Made by a program: the position numbers and the translations under genes | The notes under the pieces: generated by a model | What the model saw: the letters and a program-made list of their open reading frames with translations, nothing else | Databases searched by the model: none | What the model was told of the DNA's origin: nothing | Part shown: positions 52,843 to 64,000 of the stretch, in pieces | Numbering within the stretch: the first letter of the stretch is position 1 | Layout of the letters: every line of letters begins with the position of its first letter | Assembly (NCBI GenBank): GCA_963676565.1 | Contig: OY781089.1 | Coordinates: 1,280,001-1,344,000, forward strand | Direction of reading: 5' to 3' | Origin: Halarcobacter sp. | GTDB taxonomy: Bacteria > Campylobacterota > Campylobacteria > Campylobacterales > Arcobacteraceae | DNA: 64,000 nt

Positions 52843-54042
52843 CTACTCAAGACCCTTAACGATTTTATAAGTATCGTTTGCAATAACATATTCCTCATTT
52901 GTAGGAATAACGAAGATTCTACCTCTTGAACCATTTGTAGAGATATCTCTAGCATCACCAGATCTTTTATTGTTTTTAACTGGATCAATATTTAATCCCA
53001 TATAATCTAAACCAGCACAAACTTTTTCTCTGATTAATGCAGCATTTTCACCAATACCACCTGTGAAACATAATGCGTCAACACCATCAAGTGCTGCAGC
53101 GTATGCACCAACATAATGTTTGATTTTATAAGCAATCATATCAACAGCTAATCTACATCTGTCGTCACCAGCTTCAGCACCTTCTAATACTTCTCTTAAG
53201 TCTGAAGATTTACCAGAAATACCAACAATACCAGATTTTTTATTTAATACATCAAGCATCTCTTTGATATTCCAACCTTCAGTTTCCATCATATACTGAA
53301 TAGCACCTGCACCAATGTCTCCAGCTCTTGTTCCCATCATTAAACCTTGAACAGGAGTAAGACCCATTGATGTGTCAATACATTTACCATCAAATACAGC
53401 TGAAACAGATGAACCATTTCCTAAGTGACAAACAATAATTCTTGTATTATGTTTTTTATCTAACATTTTTGCTGCTTCATTTGATACGAAGAAGTGTGAT
53501 GTACCATGGAAACCATATTTTCTTACACCATTTTTAGTATATTGCTCATGTGGTAATGCATACATATAAGCATAATCTGGCATAGTTTGGTGGAATGCAG
53601 TGTCAAATACAGCTACATTTGGCTTACCTGGCATTAATTCTTGACAAATTTCCATACCCATAATATTTGCAGGGTTATGTAAAGGAGCAAGTGGAATAAG
53701 TTTTTTCATAGTTTCAATTACTCTATCGCTTACCATAACAGAACCAGCAAACTCTTCTCCCCCGTGAACTGCTCTGTGTCCAATCGCCTCAATATCATCA
53801 ATTGAGTCAATAACTTTACCTTCACCATCAGTTAATGTTTTTAAAACTAATTCAATAGCTTCTTTATGAGTTGGTAAATTTGAATCAACTTTAATTTTTT
53901 GACCATCACCAAATTCATGTTTTAATACACCATCAATACCAATTCTTTCACAAATACCTACTGCTAAAACTTCTTTATTAATTGGATTCATTAATTGATA
54001 TTTTAATGATGAACTTCCCGCGTTTAAAATAAATACTAACAT
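52843..54042 (-). CDS. ackA: Acetate kinase (copy 1)
   Basis: NAGSSSLK, HRAVHGG, APLHNP, FDTAFH, HLGNG, PTNEE. Confidence 0.97.
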   Translation of the reverse strand: MLVFILNAGSSSLKYQLMNPINKEVLAVGICERIGIDGVLKHEFGDGQKIKVDSNLPTHKEAIELVLKTLTDGEGKVIDSIDDIEAIGHRAVHGGEEFAGSVMVSDRVIETMKKLIPLAPLHNPANIMGMEICQELMPGKPNVAVFDTAFHQTMPDYAYMYALPHEQYTKNGVRKYGFHGTSHFFVSNEAAKMLDKKHNTRIIVCHLGNGSSVSAVFDGKCIDTSMGLTPVQGLMMGTRAGDIGAGAIQYMMETEGWNIKEMLDVLNKKSGIVGISGKSSDLREVLEGAEAGDDRCRLAVDMIAYKIKHYVGAYAAALDGVDALCFTGGIGENAALIREKVCAGLDYMGLNIDPVKNNKRSGDARDISTNGSRGRIFVIPTNEEYVIANDTYKIVKGLE

Positions 54043-54076
54043 ATGTCTTTTCCCTCTTTTAAATTAGTTTTTTTAA

Positions 54077-55069
54077 TTAACATTGTGTTGCAGTAATTGC
54101 AACTAAATTTGAAATGTCTTCAACTGAACAACCTCGTGATAGGTCATTAACAGGTTTATTTAATCCTTGTACAATTGGTCCATGAGCTGCTGCCCCTGCA
54201 AATCTTTGAACTAATTTATACCCAATATTTCCTGATTGTAAATCAGGGAATACTAGTACATTTGCTTTTCCAGCAACTGAAGAATTTGGTGCTTTTTTAG
54301 CTCCAATAGCTTCAACGATAGCAGCATCAGCTTGCATCTCTCCGTCATATGCAAAATCAACTTCTCTATCTTCTAAAATTCCGCAAGCAAATTGTACTTT
54401 ATCAACTAATGGATGTTTTGCACTTCCCATAGTAGAGAATGATAACATTGCTACTCTTGGCTCTAATCCAACAACGCTTTTTGCAGTAGCTGCTGTTGCA
54501 CTTGCAATATCAGCTAATTGTTCCGCATTTGGCTCTGGATTTACTGCACAGTCTGCAAATAAAATTAAACCATTATCACCAAATTTTCCATCTGCAGTTT
54601 CCATAATAAATGTAGATGATACAGTGTTAATACCAGGTGCTGTTTTAATTACTTGAATTGCAGCTCTTAAAACATCTGCAGTTGGTGAATTTGAACCAGC
54701 AACTAAACCATCAGCATCTCCAAGTCTTACCATCATACAACCAAAAAATCTTGGTTCTGTTGTCATGATTTCAGTAGCTTCTTCTTTAGAAAGACCTTTT
54801 TTCTTTCTAAGCTCAACTAATTCATCAATATAAGCATCAATTTTATCAAAAGATTTTGGGTCTATAATAGTAGCACCCTCAATGTTTGCACCGCATGAAG
54901 CAGCATCACTTTTGATTGTTTCTTCATTTCCAATCAAAATAACATTTGCAGTTTTTTCCTCTAGAACAATTTGAGTAGCTTTTAATACTCTTTCGTCCTC
55001 AGATTCTGGAAGAACTATTGTTTTTAGCTCTTTCCTTGCATTCTCTTTTATACTTTCAATTAAACCCAT
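54077..55069 (-). CDS. pta: Phosphate acetyltransferase (short form)
   Basis: IVLPES, FADCAVNPEP, LSFSTMGS, DGEMQADAA, DLSRG; ATG at 55069 after AGGAAG. Confidence 0.97.
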   Translation of the reverse strand: MGLIESIKENARKELKTIVLPESEDERVLKATQIVLEEKTANVILIGNEETIKSDAASCGANIEGATIIDPKSFDKIDAYIDELVELRKKKGLSKEEATEIMTTEPRFFGCMMVRLGDADGLVAGSNSPTADVLRAAIQVIKTAPGINTVSSTFIMETADGKFGDNGLILFADCAVNPEPNAEQLADIASATAATAKSVVGLEPRVAMLSFSTMGSAKHPLVDKVQFACGILEDREVDFAYDGEMQADAAIVEAIGAKKAPNSSVAGKANVLVFPDLQSGNIGYKLVQRFAGAAAHGPIVQGLNKPVNDLSRGCSVEDISNLVAITATQC

Positions 55070-55116
55070 TAAAGCTTCCTTTTTTGTAAAAATCATAAAA
55101 TTATATTATTCAAACA

Positions 55117-55143
55117 TAGCAAAAACATAGCATTAGTGTAGCA
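55117..55143. promoter_or_regulatory. Three TAGCA direct repeats at 11-bp period upstream of pta
   Basis: TAGCA at 55117, 55128, 55139; same motif upstream of both actP operons. Confidence 0.6.
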
Positions 55144-55263
55144 TTTTGTAAAAAAAATTGTTCAAAAAAACCTAGTGTGTATCAATATTGTACATATTTG
55201 ATCAACTAGTATAAGTTTTGTATAGTTTTGTTGTGTATATTAGAATTGAGTTTAGTAAAAGGA

Positions 55264-56451
55264 TTAACCTTTTACTAACTCATAAGTGTCATGTGCGATT
55301 ACATATTCTTCATTAGTAGGGATTACATAAATTTTAACTTTTGAGTCATCGCTATTTATTTCTCTAGCTTCCCCTGATCTAATTGCATTTTTTTCATCAT
55401 CAAGTTTTATTCCCATAAATTCAAGATTTTCACAAACTTTTTCTCTAACTAAGTTTGCATTTTCTCCAATACCTGCAGTAAAGCAGATTGCATCAACACC
55501 ACCTAGAATTGCTGCATATGATGCAATATATTTTTTAATTCTATTTGTCATCATTTCAATTGTAATAATAGCTCTTTCATTACCTTCTTCTGCTTCTTCA
55601 ATAACCTCTCTTAAGTCTGAACTAATCCCAGATACTCCTAAAAGACCTGATTTTTTATTTAAGTAGTTATTAACTTCATCTCCACTCATCCCTTTCTTTT
55701 CCATTAAGAAAGTTACAACAGTAGGGTCTAAATCACCAGATCTAGTACCCATTATTAAACCTTCCAGTGGAGTAAGTCCCATTGAAGTTTCAACTGATTT
55801 ACCATCTTTAATAGCACAAACAGATGAACCATTTCCTAAATGGCAAACGATAATTTTAGACTCTTCTTTATTTAATAGTTTTTGTGCTTCATTTGAAACA
55901 TAATAGTGAGAAGTTCCATGGAAACCATATTTTCTTATTCCAAAATTTTCATAATCTTCATATGGTATTGCATACATAAAAGAACTAGCAGGCATAGTTT
56001 GGTGAAATGCAGTGTCAAATACAGCAACATTTGGTTTTGTTGGCATTAATTCTCTTGTTATTTTCATACCCATGATATTTGCAGGATTATGTAATGGTGC
56101 TAAGGGAATAATAGATTCAAGTTTTGCAATAACATCTTCATCAACTATTACTGATCTATCAAAAAACTCTCCACCATGAACAACTCTATGTCCAATTGCT
56201 TGAATATCATCTATTGAGTCAATTACTTTATCTTCACCATGGGTTAATATATTTATTACATTTAAAATTGCTTCTTTATGTGATGGCATATTATGATCAG
56301 TCTTTGTTTTATGGCCATTTGCTATGTGAACTATTTTACCATCGATACCAATTCTTTCACAAAGTCCAGTTGCTTTTACCTCTGCAGTTTGTGGATTCAT
56401 TAGTTGATATTTTAGGGAAGAACTACCCGAGTTAAGTACTAAAACTAACAT
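55264..56451 (-). CDS. ackA: Acetate kinase (copy 2)
   Basis: NSGSSSLK, HRVVHGG, FDTAFH, GTRSGDLDP. Confidence 0.97.
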   Translation of the reverse strand: MLVLVLNSGSSSLKYQLMNPQTAEVKATGLCERIGIDGKIVHIANGHKTKTDHNMPSHKEAILNVINILTHGEDKVIDSIDDIQAIGHRVVHGGEFFDRSVIVDEDVIAKLESIIPLAPLHNPANIMGMKITRELMPTKPNVAVFDTAFHQTMPASSFMYAIPYEDYENFGIRKYGFHGTSHYYVSNEAQKLLNKEESKIIVCHLGNGSSVCAIKDGKSVETSMGLTPLEGLIMGTRSGDLDPTVVTFLMEKKGMSGDEVNNYLNKKSGLLGVSGISSDLREVIEEAEEGNERAIITIEMMTNRIKKYIASYAAILGGVDAICFTAGIGENANLVREKVCENLEFMGIKLDDEKNAIRSGEAREINSDDSKVKIYVIPTNEEYVIAHDTYELVKG

Positions 56452-56523
56452 TTCTCTACCTTTAAAAAAATTTGGAATTATTATAACACAGGGATACTAA
56501 ATTAATATATTAGTCTAAAATTT

Positions 56524-57144
56524 TTATTTAATTTTAACTTTGGGTTGATTTTTTAGTTTTAGGAACATAAGGGCAGTCATAGTTGCATCATTATAAGCAT
56601 CATGTTTACCCATAATTGGAATTTTTAAGTCATTCATTATAGTATCAAATCTCAGGTCGATATTACTTTGAGGAATCATCTCTATTTTATAGTCATGGTA
56701 TATAGCTGAAACTTCATATGTTTTGTTCGGTAGTTTTATTCCTAATTTGGGTTTAATATATTTATTAATCATAGCAATGTCAAATTCTAAATAGTATCCA
56801 ACTAATTTCCTATTTCCTATAAACTCTAAAAAGTCTTCTATCACTTTATCAATCTCTTCAGCATTTTCTAAATCTATTTCTCTGATATGATGAACTTTAA
56901 TTGCTTCGATTTGAAGTCTTGTTTTTGGTTTAACAAATCTAACAAATTTTTTACTTGCTACTATTGTATTATCTTTAATTATTACTGCTCCAATAGATAT
57001 AATATCATCCTCTTTAGGATTTAAACCTGTTGTTTCACAATCAAAACAAACATACTCATTTTCCACTGGTTTGTCAAAAAGATATTCATATTTTAAATCT
57101 TTTAGATTTTTTTTATTAAAATGATTTTTGATTTTATTAAACAT
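56524..57144 (-). CDS. DEDDh 3'-5' exonuclease (DnaQ-like)
   Basis: FDCETTG, FDIAMI, HDAYNDA. Confidence 0.92.
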   Translation of the reverse strand: MFNKIKNHFNKKNLKDLKYEYLFDKPVENEYVCFDCETTGLNPKEDDIISIGAVIIKDNTIVASKKFVRFVKPKTRLQIEAIKVHHIREIDLENAEEIDKVIEDFLEFIGNRKLVGYYLEFDIAMINKYIKPKLGIKLPNKTYEVSAIYHDYKIEMIPQSNIDLRFDTIMNDLKIPIMGKHDAYNDATMTALMFLKLKNQPKVKIK

Positions 57145-58978
57145 AATTCAACTTATAATGCATTTCTAGTTTTTTCTTTAATTTATTTACAATTTTAAAA
57201 CTATCTTTTAAAAGATCTTTTTCCATTGTTGTTAAATTATCAGGATTAATAAAGTTATCTATTTTTTCTCCACTATCAAGTTTTTGTAAATTTGATTTTA
57301 ATTTAATTGTTAGAAAAAAGTTAAATGCTTGACTAAGTTCTGAAGCGAATTCATCATCTAAAACATTTAGTTTATTTAACTCTTTTATTCTTTTCTGGGT
57401 ACTTGACCTTAAGATTTTATTTTCTAAAGATAAACTTCTAATACTTTGAACTAGTATAAAGATTCCACCTTTTTTTATATCAATTTCATTTTTATGCTCT
57501 TTATCATCTGAGTTAAAAACAAAACCATCAAAAAAACCTAAAGGAACATCAAAATCCATAATGATTTTTGCAAAATGCATATAAAATGTTTTTGATGTAG
57601 AGCCTATTTTAAATAGGTATTCTTTTAGATTATCCAATAAGGTTCTGTCATCTGTTACAGCTAATGCATCATAAAAAATTGCAAGGTTCATAAAATTATC
57701 ACCACTTGGTTTCATAATCCATTCATAAATTAAATCTTTAAAATCTTTTTCTCTTCTACACCAATATGGATTTGAAACCATAATATTACCTTCACATCTA
57801 GGAAAACCAAAATCAACTAAATGTTCAGTATACTCATGGGTATATTTTAAAATATCTTCATCACTTAAACTACAATCATCAGAAATAATAAGTGCATTAT
57901 CTTGGTCAGTTTTTAAAATCTGCTCACCTCTACCTTCACTTCCCATTACTACTAAACAAGCTTTATCTTTTAGTCCATCAGGTGCAGTGATTTTAAAAAG
58001 TTTATTCATCATTTTTCTATTTAATTGATTAATTAATTTAGAAATAAATTCTACTTTTACCCCTTTTGCATTTAAAGATTTAATAATTTTAATAAATGAC
58101 TTAGAAGCATTTTTTAACTCTTCAATAGTTTCAGCTTTGTCAATTTCATTTGATACAGAAAATGTATGTGTAGCAAAAAATGATGATAAGGAGATTTGGT
58201 CAATTATTCCAACAATCTCATCATTATTGTTAACAACAACCAATCTTTTTAATCCATGTTGAGACATTATTAATTGGGCATTAAATAAAAAGTCATTTTC
58301 ATTTACATATTTAATTCCTGAGTTTGAAATCTTACCTACTATCTCATCAAAATCCATTCTGTTTAATATCACTTTTTCTCTAAAATCTGAATCAGTAACA
58401 ATATGAATTTGTCCTCCATTGTCTCTTAAAAGTAGAGTAGGGACTTTTTCTTTTTTTATGGTTTTAACAGCTTCAAAAATTGAAGTTTCAAAGGGAACTA
58501 TTACTGCTCTGTGAAGATTTGCATCTTTAACCTTTGCAACCATAATATTTGCAAGTTCTTTATTTTTTTCATAATTAATGTTTGCATTCAACTTTTGTGA
58601 AATAGACTGGAAGAAAAAACTCTCTAAAGCTCTATTTTTTCTAAGGGTTTTAATAAAAATATCTTTTGGCAAAGAGTAACAAATAGTTTCTTGTGCTGTT
58701 ACGAAACTATTTTTTGAGAAGTCTTCAATTAATGAAATAGGGTCAAAAAACTCTTTATTTGAATATATTGAGATAACTTCATCTTCATAAAGTTCTTGAA
58801 CTAAACCTTTTATAATAAAGTATAAATTTTTAGGCTCCTCTTTTTCTTTTTGAAGAACTTCACCTTTTTTTAAATATATAATATCTATATTGTTTGAAAA
58901 CTCTTCTAGTTCAGCTTTTGTTAGGTTTTCAAAAGGGTGTATCCCTTTTATAAAATTACTTTGTTCATGTATACTCAT
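57137..58978 (-). CDS. cNMP-binding/CBS/DUF294 nucleotidyltransferase-like signalling protein
   Basis: N-terminal cNMP-like region, CBS pair, MGSEGRGEQ...DQDNAL, IDIKKGG. Confidence 0.92.
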   Translation of the reverse strand: MSIHEQSNFIKGIHPFENLTKAELEEFSNNIDIIYLKKGEVLQKEKEEPKNLYFIIKGLVQELYEDEVISIYSNKEFFDPISLIEDFSKNSFVTAQETICYSLPKDIFIKTLRKNRALESFFFQSISQKLNANINYEKNKELANIMVAKVKDANLHRAVIVPFETSIFEAVKTIKKEKVPTLLLRDNGGQIHIVTDSDFREKVILNRMDFDEIVGKISNSGIKYVNENDFLFNAQLIMSQHGLKRLVVVNNNDEIVGIIDQISLSSFFATHTFSVSNEIDKAETIEELKNASKSFIKIIKSLNAKGVKVEFISKLINQLNRKMMNKLFKITAPDGLKDKACLVVMGSEGRGEQILKTDQDNALIISDDCSLSDEDILKYTHEYTEHLVDFGFPRCEGNIMVSNPYWCRREKDFKDLIYEWIMKPSGDNFMNLAIFYDALAVTDDRTLLDNLKEYLFKIGSTSKTFYMHFAKIIMDFDVPLGFFDGFVFNSDDKEHKNEIDIKKGGIFILVQSIRSLSLENKILRSSTQKRIKELNKLNVLDDEFASELSQAFNFFLTIKLKSNLQKLDSGEKIDNFINPDNLTTMEKDLLKDSFKIVNKLKKKLEMHYKLNYV

Positions 58979-59108
58979 ACTGACTCTTTTTATGTAGATG
59001 ATAAATTTTAACAGATTATTTATAAAATTTTATTATTTTTTAGTTTCACTAAAGGGCCAAAAACCCTTTAGTATTTGAAGTTTTTAGTAAAAGTACTAAA
59101 ATTTAAGT

Positions 59109-60755
59109 TTAGTGGTCAACCGCTCCTGCTGAACCAATACCTGTATTTGCTCTAACATTTTGAGCTCTAAATAATTCTTTTTCTGCTTTTCCTCTTTCAC
59201 TTGCATCAATTTTAGAGAAGAACCAAATTGAAACAAATGCAACAGTTACAGAGAATAAAGCAGGGTGTTTATAAGGGAATAATGCTTCAGCATTTCCTAA
59301 AATTTGTACCCAAACAATTGGCCCAATAATTACAAGTGTAACTGCAGTTAATAAACCACATAATCCACCTAAGAATGCACCTCTAGTTGTTAAACCTCTC
59401 CAATAAATTGATAAGAAAAGAATTGGGAAGTTTGCAGATGCTGCAATACCAAATGCTAATCCAACCATATATGCAATATTTTGTTGTTCAAAGGCAATTC
59501 CAAGTGTAACTCCAACAATACCAACAACAACAACTGTAAATCTAGAGATTTTAACAACTTGCTCATCAGTAGCATTTGGATTAATTACATTTGAATAAAG
59601 GTCATGGGCAATAGCTGATGAACCAGCTAATGTAAGACCAGATACAACTGCTAAAATTGTAGCAAATGCAACTGCTGAAATAAATCCTAAGAATGCATTT
59701 CCACCTAACATATGTGATAAGTGAATTGAAGCCATATTGTTTCCACCAAATAGTTTACCATCTGTGAAATATTGAGCACCATCTGCACTATTTAAAAATG
59801 CAATTGCACCAAATCCAACGATTGTAATAATAACCCAGAAATAACCAACAAAACCTGTTGCATAAACAACAGATTTTCTAGCTTCTTTTGCATTTCCTAC
59901 TGTAAAGAATCTCATAAGAACGTGAGGTAAACCGGCTGTTCCTAACATTAAAGCCATACCAAGTGAGATTGCTGAAATAGGATCAGAAATAAAACCACCA
60001 GGTGCTAAAATAGATTCACCAGCTTTGTGGTTTTCAGTAGCTTTAACTGCTAAAGATTCAAAAGAAAACCCAAAGTGATATAAAACCATGATTGCCATGA
60101 AAGAAACACCAGTTAATAGTAAACATGCTTTGATAATTTGAACCCAAGTAGTTGCAAGCATACCACCAAAAGTTACATAAATAATCATCATTACACCAAC
60201 TAAGATAACTGCATATTCATACTCAAGTCCAAATAAAACTTGGATAAGTTTTCCAGCCCCAACCATTTGTGCAATAAGATATAAAACAACAACAGATAGC
60301 GTACCAAATGCAGCAAGTGTCCTAATCTCTTTTTGACCTAGTCTATAAGCTGCAATATCTGCAAATGTAAATTTACCTAAGTTTCTTAATTTTTCAGCCA
60401 TAAAGAAAAGAATAATTGGCCATCCTACTAAGAAAGAAACAGCATAGATTACTCCATCATAACCTTTTAAATAAATTAAACCTGAAACACCAAGGAATGC
60501 AGCAGCTGACATATAATCCCCTGCAATTGCTAAACCATTTTGGAATCCTGTAATTCCTCCACCAGCAGTATAAAAGTCAGATGCTGATTTTGTTTTTCTT
60601 GCTGCCCAAACAGTTAAACCTAAAGTAAAAACAATAAATGCAAAGAACATAACAATCGCAGGAATATTAAGTTCTCTTTTTGTTGCCTCAAATGTTGCAT
60701 CTCCCGCTGCAAATGCACTTAGTGCAACAATAAAAATTAGTGCTAATATTCTCAT
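59109..60755 (-). CDS. actP: Cation/acetate symporter (copy 1)
   Basis: [39 protein letters not shown]. Confidence 0.95.
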   Translation of the reverse strand: MRILALIFIVALSAFAAGDATFEATKRELNIPAIVMFFAFIVFTLGLTVWAARKTKSASDFYTAGGGITGFQNGLAIAGDYMSAAAFLGVSGLIYLKGYDGVIYAVSFLVGWPIILFFMAEKLRNLGKFTFADIAAYRLGQKEIRTLAAFGTLSVVVLYLIAQMVGAGKLIQVLFGLEYEYAVILVGVMMIIYVTFGGMLATTWVQIIKACLLLTGVSFMAIMVLYHFGFSFESLAVKATENHKAGESILAPGGFISDPISAISLGMALMLGTAGLPHVLMRFFTVGNAKEARKSVVYATGFVGYFWVIITIVGFGAIAFLNSADGAQYFTDGKLFGGNNMASIHLSHMLGGNAFLGFISAVAFATILAVVSGLTLAGSSAIAHDLYSNVINPNATDEQVVKISRFTVVVVGIVGVTLGIAFEQQNIAYMVGLAFGIAASANFPILFLSIYWRGLTTRGAFLGGLCGLLTAVTLVIIGPIVWVQILGNAEALFPYKHPALFSVTVAFVSIWFFSKIDASERGKAEKELFRAQNVRANTGIGSAGAVDH

Positions 60756-61069
60756 TATATTAGATCCTTTACATCTTCTTTAATCTCATTATTTAAGTCT
60801 TCAAACTCACCATTTGCTCTTTTAACATAAATTAGTGTTGTTAAAAAGCTAATAATTAAGATTGCAAGTGCAATAGGAAATGCTATTGTAGTAACACCTT
60901 CACCAATTTTTGTAGCTAATATTTCTTTGTTAAATGCAATTGTTAAAATATATGCATAAAACATAACAAGTACAAAAATACCTAACTTAATTCCAAAGCT
61001 ATTTTTCTTTGAAACAAGCTCTTGATACTTAGGATTGTTTTCAATCCTTTCAACTAGTTCATCCTTCAT
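60755..61069 (-). CDS. DUF485 (YjcH-like) membrane protein (copy 1)
   Basis: NPKYQELV, two TM segments, YVKRANGEF; directly upstream of actP. Confidence 0.93.
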   Translation of the reverse strand: MKDELVERIENNPKYQELVSKKNSFGIKLGIFVLVMFYAYILTIAFNKEILATKIGEGVTTIAFPIALAILIISFLTTLIYVKRANGEFEDLNNEIKEDVKDLI

Positions 61070-61160
61070 CTTTTCCCCTTCTATCTCTTATGTTTTCACG
61101 CCATAAGAGAACTTTTTTGATGATGTAAGTCAAAATATAAGCTATTTTTCTGCGACTCTA

Positions 61161-61176
61161 TAGCACAGAAATAGCA
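61161..61176. promoter_or_regulatory. TAGCA-N6-TAGCA box upstream of DUF485-actP copy 1
   Basis: TAGCA at 61161 and 61172. Confidence 0.55.
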
Positions 61177-61326
61177 AATTAGACAAAGTATTATTACATA
61201 AAAAATTGGTTAATGAACAAAAATTATACTAAATATGTAAAAAAGATGTAAAAGATGTAGAAAAGTAACAAGTAATAATATTTATAAGTAGCCCTAATAA
61301 TGGGGCTTTGTGAGCATTTTTTGTTC

Positions 61327-61350
61327 AAAGAGGGTAAGCGTACCCTCTTT
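61327..61350 (-). terminator. Terminator after actP copy 2
   Basis: AAAGAGGGTA-AGCG-TACCCTCTTT. Confidence 0.8.
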
Positions 61351-61379
61351 TATGTACAATAATTGTACAAAATGTATTT

Positions 61380-63029
61380 TTAATGGTCAACTGCTCCAGC
61401 AGCTCCAAAACCAGTTTCCGCTCTAATGTTTTGAGCTTCAAATGCTTTTTTCTCATCTTTTGCTCTTTGTGAATTATCAGTTTTAGAAAAGAACCAAATA
61501 CCAATAAATGCAACAGTTACAGAGAAAAGTGCAGGGTGTTTATATGGAAATAAAGCTTGCTCATTTCCTAAGATTTGAACCCATACAATTGGTCCAATAA
61601 TTACAAGAACTACAGCTGTAATAAGACCTAATAAACCACCTATGAAAGCACCTCTTGTTGTTAAACCTCTCCAATAAATTGATAAGAAAAGAATTGGAAA
61701 GTTTGCAGATGCAGCAATTGCAAAGGCAAGACCAACCATAAATGCAATGTTTTGTTGTTCAAAGGCAATACCTAAAATAACTCCAATAATACCAATAACA
61801 ATTACGGCATATTTAGAGATTTTAATCTCTTGTTCTTCTGTACAATCTGGATTAATAACTGATGCATAAAGGTCATGTGAAATTGCCGATGCTCCAGCTA
61901 ATGTAAGACCAGAAACAACTGCTAAAATTGTAGCAAAGGCAACAGCTGAAATAAATCCTAAGAAAATATTTCCCCCAACAACATGTGATAAGTGAATAGC
62001 AGCCATGTTATTTCCACCAAATAGTTTTCCATCTACAAAATATTGAGCTCCTGCATCAGAATTTAAAAATACAATTGCACCTAAACCAATTACTGCAATT
62101 ACTAAATAAAAATATCCAATAAACCCAGTAGCATAAACAACAGATTTTCTAGCTTCTTTTGCATTTCCTACTGTAAAGAATCTCATAAGTACATGTGGTA
62201 AACCTGCTGTTCCAAGCATTAATGCTAGTCCTAAAGATATAGCAGAAACAGGATCTGAAATGAATCCACCAGGTGCCATAATATCTTGCCCTAATTCATG
62301 TGTTTCAACAGCTTTTGTTGCAAGTGCTTCAAAGCTAAATCCAAAATGACTTAATACCATGAATCCCATAAATGTTACCCCTGAAAGAAGTAAAACTGCT
62401 TTGATAATCTGAACCCAAGTAGTTGCAAGCATACCACCAAAAGTTACATAAACAATCATCATAATACCAACTAAGATAACAGCATATTCATATTCTAAAC
62501 CAAATAATACTTGAATAAGTTTTCCAGATCCAACCATTTGTGCAATTAGATATAAAGTTACAACTGCTAAAGAACCAAGTGCTGCTAACGTTCTAATCTC
62601 TTTTTGAGCAAGTCTATAAGCTGCAATATCAGCAAAAGTAAATTTACCTAAGTTTCTTAATTTTTCAGCCATTAAGAATAAAATTACAGGCCATCCAACT
62701 AAAAATCCAACTGCATAAACTAAACCATCATAACCTTTTAAATAAACAAGTCCTGAAAGTCCTAAGAATGAAGCCGCTGACATATAATCCCCAGCAATAG
62801 CCATACCATTTTGGAACCCACTAATTCCTCCACCAGCTGTATAGAAATCACTAGCAGATTTTGTTCTTTTAGCAGCCCAATAAGTAATACCTAATGTACC
62901 ACCAACAAAAATAAAGAACATAATAATTGCAGGGATATTAAGCTCTCTTTTTGTTGCTTCAAAAGAAGCATCACCTGCTGCAAATAGTGCAACAGAAAAT
63001 ATTGAAATAAGTGTTATTAATCTTATCAT
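61380..63029 (-). CDS. actP: Cation/acetate symporter (copy 2)
   Basis: Same motifs as copy 1. Confidence 0.95.
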   Translation of the reverse strand: MIRLITLISIFSVALFAAGDASFEATKRELNIPAIIMFFIFVGGTLGITYWAAKRTKSASDFYTAGGGISGFQNGMAIAGDYMSAASFLGLSGLVYLKGYDGLVYAVGFLVGWPVILFLMAEKLRNLGKFTFADIAAYRLAQKEIRTLAALGSLAVVTLYLIAQMVGSGKLIQVLFGLEYEYAVILVGIMMIVYVTFGGMLATTWVQIIKAVLLLSGVTFMGFMVLSHFGFSFEALATKAVETHELGQDIMAPGGFISDPVSAISLGLALMLGTAGLPHVLMRFFTVGNAKEARKSVVYATGFIGYFYLVIAVIGLGAIVFLNSDAGAQYFVDGKLFGGNNMAAIHLSHVVGGNIFLGFISAVAFATILAVVSGLTLAGASAISHDLYASVINPDCTEEQEIKISKYAVIVIGIIGVILGIAFEQQNIAFMVGLAFAIAASANFPILFLSIYWRGLTTRGAFIGGLLGLITAVVLVIIGPIVWVQILGNEQALFPYKHPALFSVTVAFIGIWFFSKTDNSQRAKDEKKAFEAQNIRAETGFGAAGAVDH

Positions 63030-63343
63030 TATAATTCGCCCTTTACATCATTTCTTACTTTTTCTGTTAATTCTTCAAACTCACCGTTTGCTCTTCTTAC
63101 ATAAATAAGTGTAGTAATGAAACTAATTACAATAATAGCCGCTGCTATTGGAAAAGCAATTGTCATAACACCATCACCTGTTTTCATACCTAAAATGCTA
63201 GGTTCAAATGCAATAGTTAAAATAAATGCATAAAACATAACAAGTACAAAAATACCAAGTTTTACTGCAAAGCCAGTTCTCTTTTTTACTAATTCCTGAT
63301 AATTAGGATTAGCTTTAATTTTTTCAACCAATTGGTCATTCAT
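63029..63343 (-). CDS. DUF485 (YjcH-like) membrane protein (copy 2)
   Basis: NPNYQELV...YVRRANGEF. Confidence 0.93.
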   Translation of the reverse strand: MNDQLVEKIKANPNYQELVKKRTGFAVKLGIFVLVMFYAFILTIAFEPSILGMKTGDGVMTIAFPIAAAIIVISFITTLIYVRRANGEFEELTEKVRNDVKGEL

Positions 63344-63388
63344 ATACGCCCCTCTTTTAATAAATTTTCACCCACTTTAATACAAACG

Positions 63389-63534
63389 TAGCATTAAAGT
63401 AGCACCTAGAAAACATTTTTGATTATAACAGCAATTAGTTTTGTTTATAGTGAAAACGAATAGTTATTCATTAAATAATAAGTGAGATTTTTTCATAAAG
63501 TAACAGTTAAAGGAAAAATGCTACGTTAATGCTA
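63389..63534. promoter_or_regulatory. Two oppositely oriented TAGCA-N6-TAGCA boxes upstream of DUF485-actP copy 2
   Basis: TAGCA at 63389 and 63400; TGCTA at 63519 and 63530. Confidence 0.6.
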
Positions 63535-63547
63535 TTTTTCCCTATTT

Positions 63548-64000
63548 TTAGCCTGTGTAAAAGGTAGAATTAGCTGGAGACATATCCCTAAGTTTTAGAA
63601 AAATCATTGAGGTCATTAGTGCATCATTTAATGCATCATGTTTTCCTAATTCTGGAATATCAAGTTCTTTCATGATAGTATCAAATTTTAAATCTACAAA
63701 TTCATAATCAGAACTTCTTTTTCTTGTTTTAAAATACATTGAACTAACTTCAACTTGATGATTTGGTAATGAAATACCAATATATTTTTTTGTATATTTT
63801 GAAATCATAGCAATATCAAATTTTATGTAATAACCAACTATTGGTCTATTTCCAATAAATTCAAGAAGTTCCATAATCGCAACTTTAGGTTCAACGGCAT
63901 TTTCTAAATCTATAGGTCTTATTTGATGGATTTTAATTGATGCTTCTGTTACTTTTTGTGATGGCTTAACAAAAATATTAAGTGTTTGTCTCATTAATAT
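63548..64000 (-). CDS. DEDDh 3'-5' exonuclease paralog (5' part outside the window)
   Basis: FIGNRPIVGYYIKFDIAMI, HDALNDA; paralog of 56524-57144. Confidence 0.88.
   Translation of the reverse strand: MLMRQTLNIFVKPSQKVTEASIKIHQIRPIDLENAVEPKVAIMELLEFIGNRPIVGYYIKFDIAMISKYTKKYIGISLPNHQVEVSSMYFKTRKRSSDYEFVDLKFDTIMKELDIPELGKHDALNDALMTSMIFLKLRDMSPANSTFYTG

Noticed and set aside
52770..52988. 72-aa minus-strand ORF overlapping the ackA 3' end
   Set aside because: Alternative frame running through the terminator; no RBS or motif.
61325..61513. 62-aa ORF overlapping the actP 3' end
   Set aside because: Alternative-frame overlap spanning the terminator hairpin.

Overview
AT-rich chromosomal window from a Campylobacterota bacterium, most consistent with Arcobacteraceae. 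This is inferred from the gene set and synteny (cadF-like porin, folK/aroQ/mqnF/sppA, accD-rlmH-dksA-dusB-prmA-ftsH, and a MutS-HNH). Most of the window is housekeeping: groESL, glmS, metK, leuA, hisHA, lepA, prs, two mnmA genes, and a duplicated acetate cluster (ackA/pta/actP). The standout is a ~5.5 kb integrase-less island (27703-33202) at the 3' end of the MutS-HNH gene, bounded by a 112-bp direct repeat (27591-27702 / 33203-33314). It carries a tight two-gene operon: a GHKL-ATPase/PD-(D/E)XK nuclease fusion and a 1037-aa reverse transcriptase-nitrilase fusion (DRT1/UG1-like), a candidate anti-phage system with an unusual partner. Several non-coding signals were read directly from the sequence: a Leu-rich leader peptide before leuA, a leader motif shared by accD and an M24 peptidase gene, six TGGAAAAC repeats before metK, a candidate sRNA/12-aa peptide unit, TAGCA-N6-TAGCA boxes before acetate operons, and CIRCE plus HAIR-like sites at groES. 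No rRNA, tRNA, CRISPR array or transposase was recognised. All calls come from motif reading; no database searches were run.
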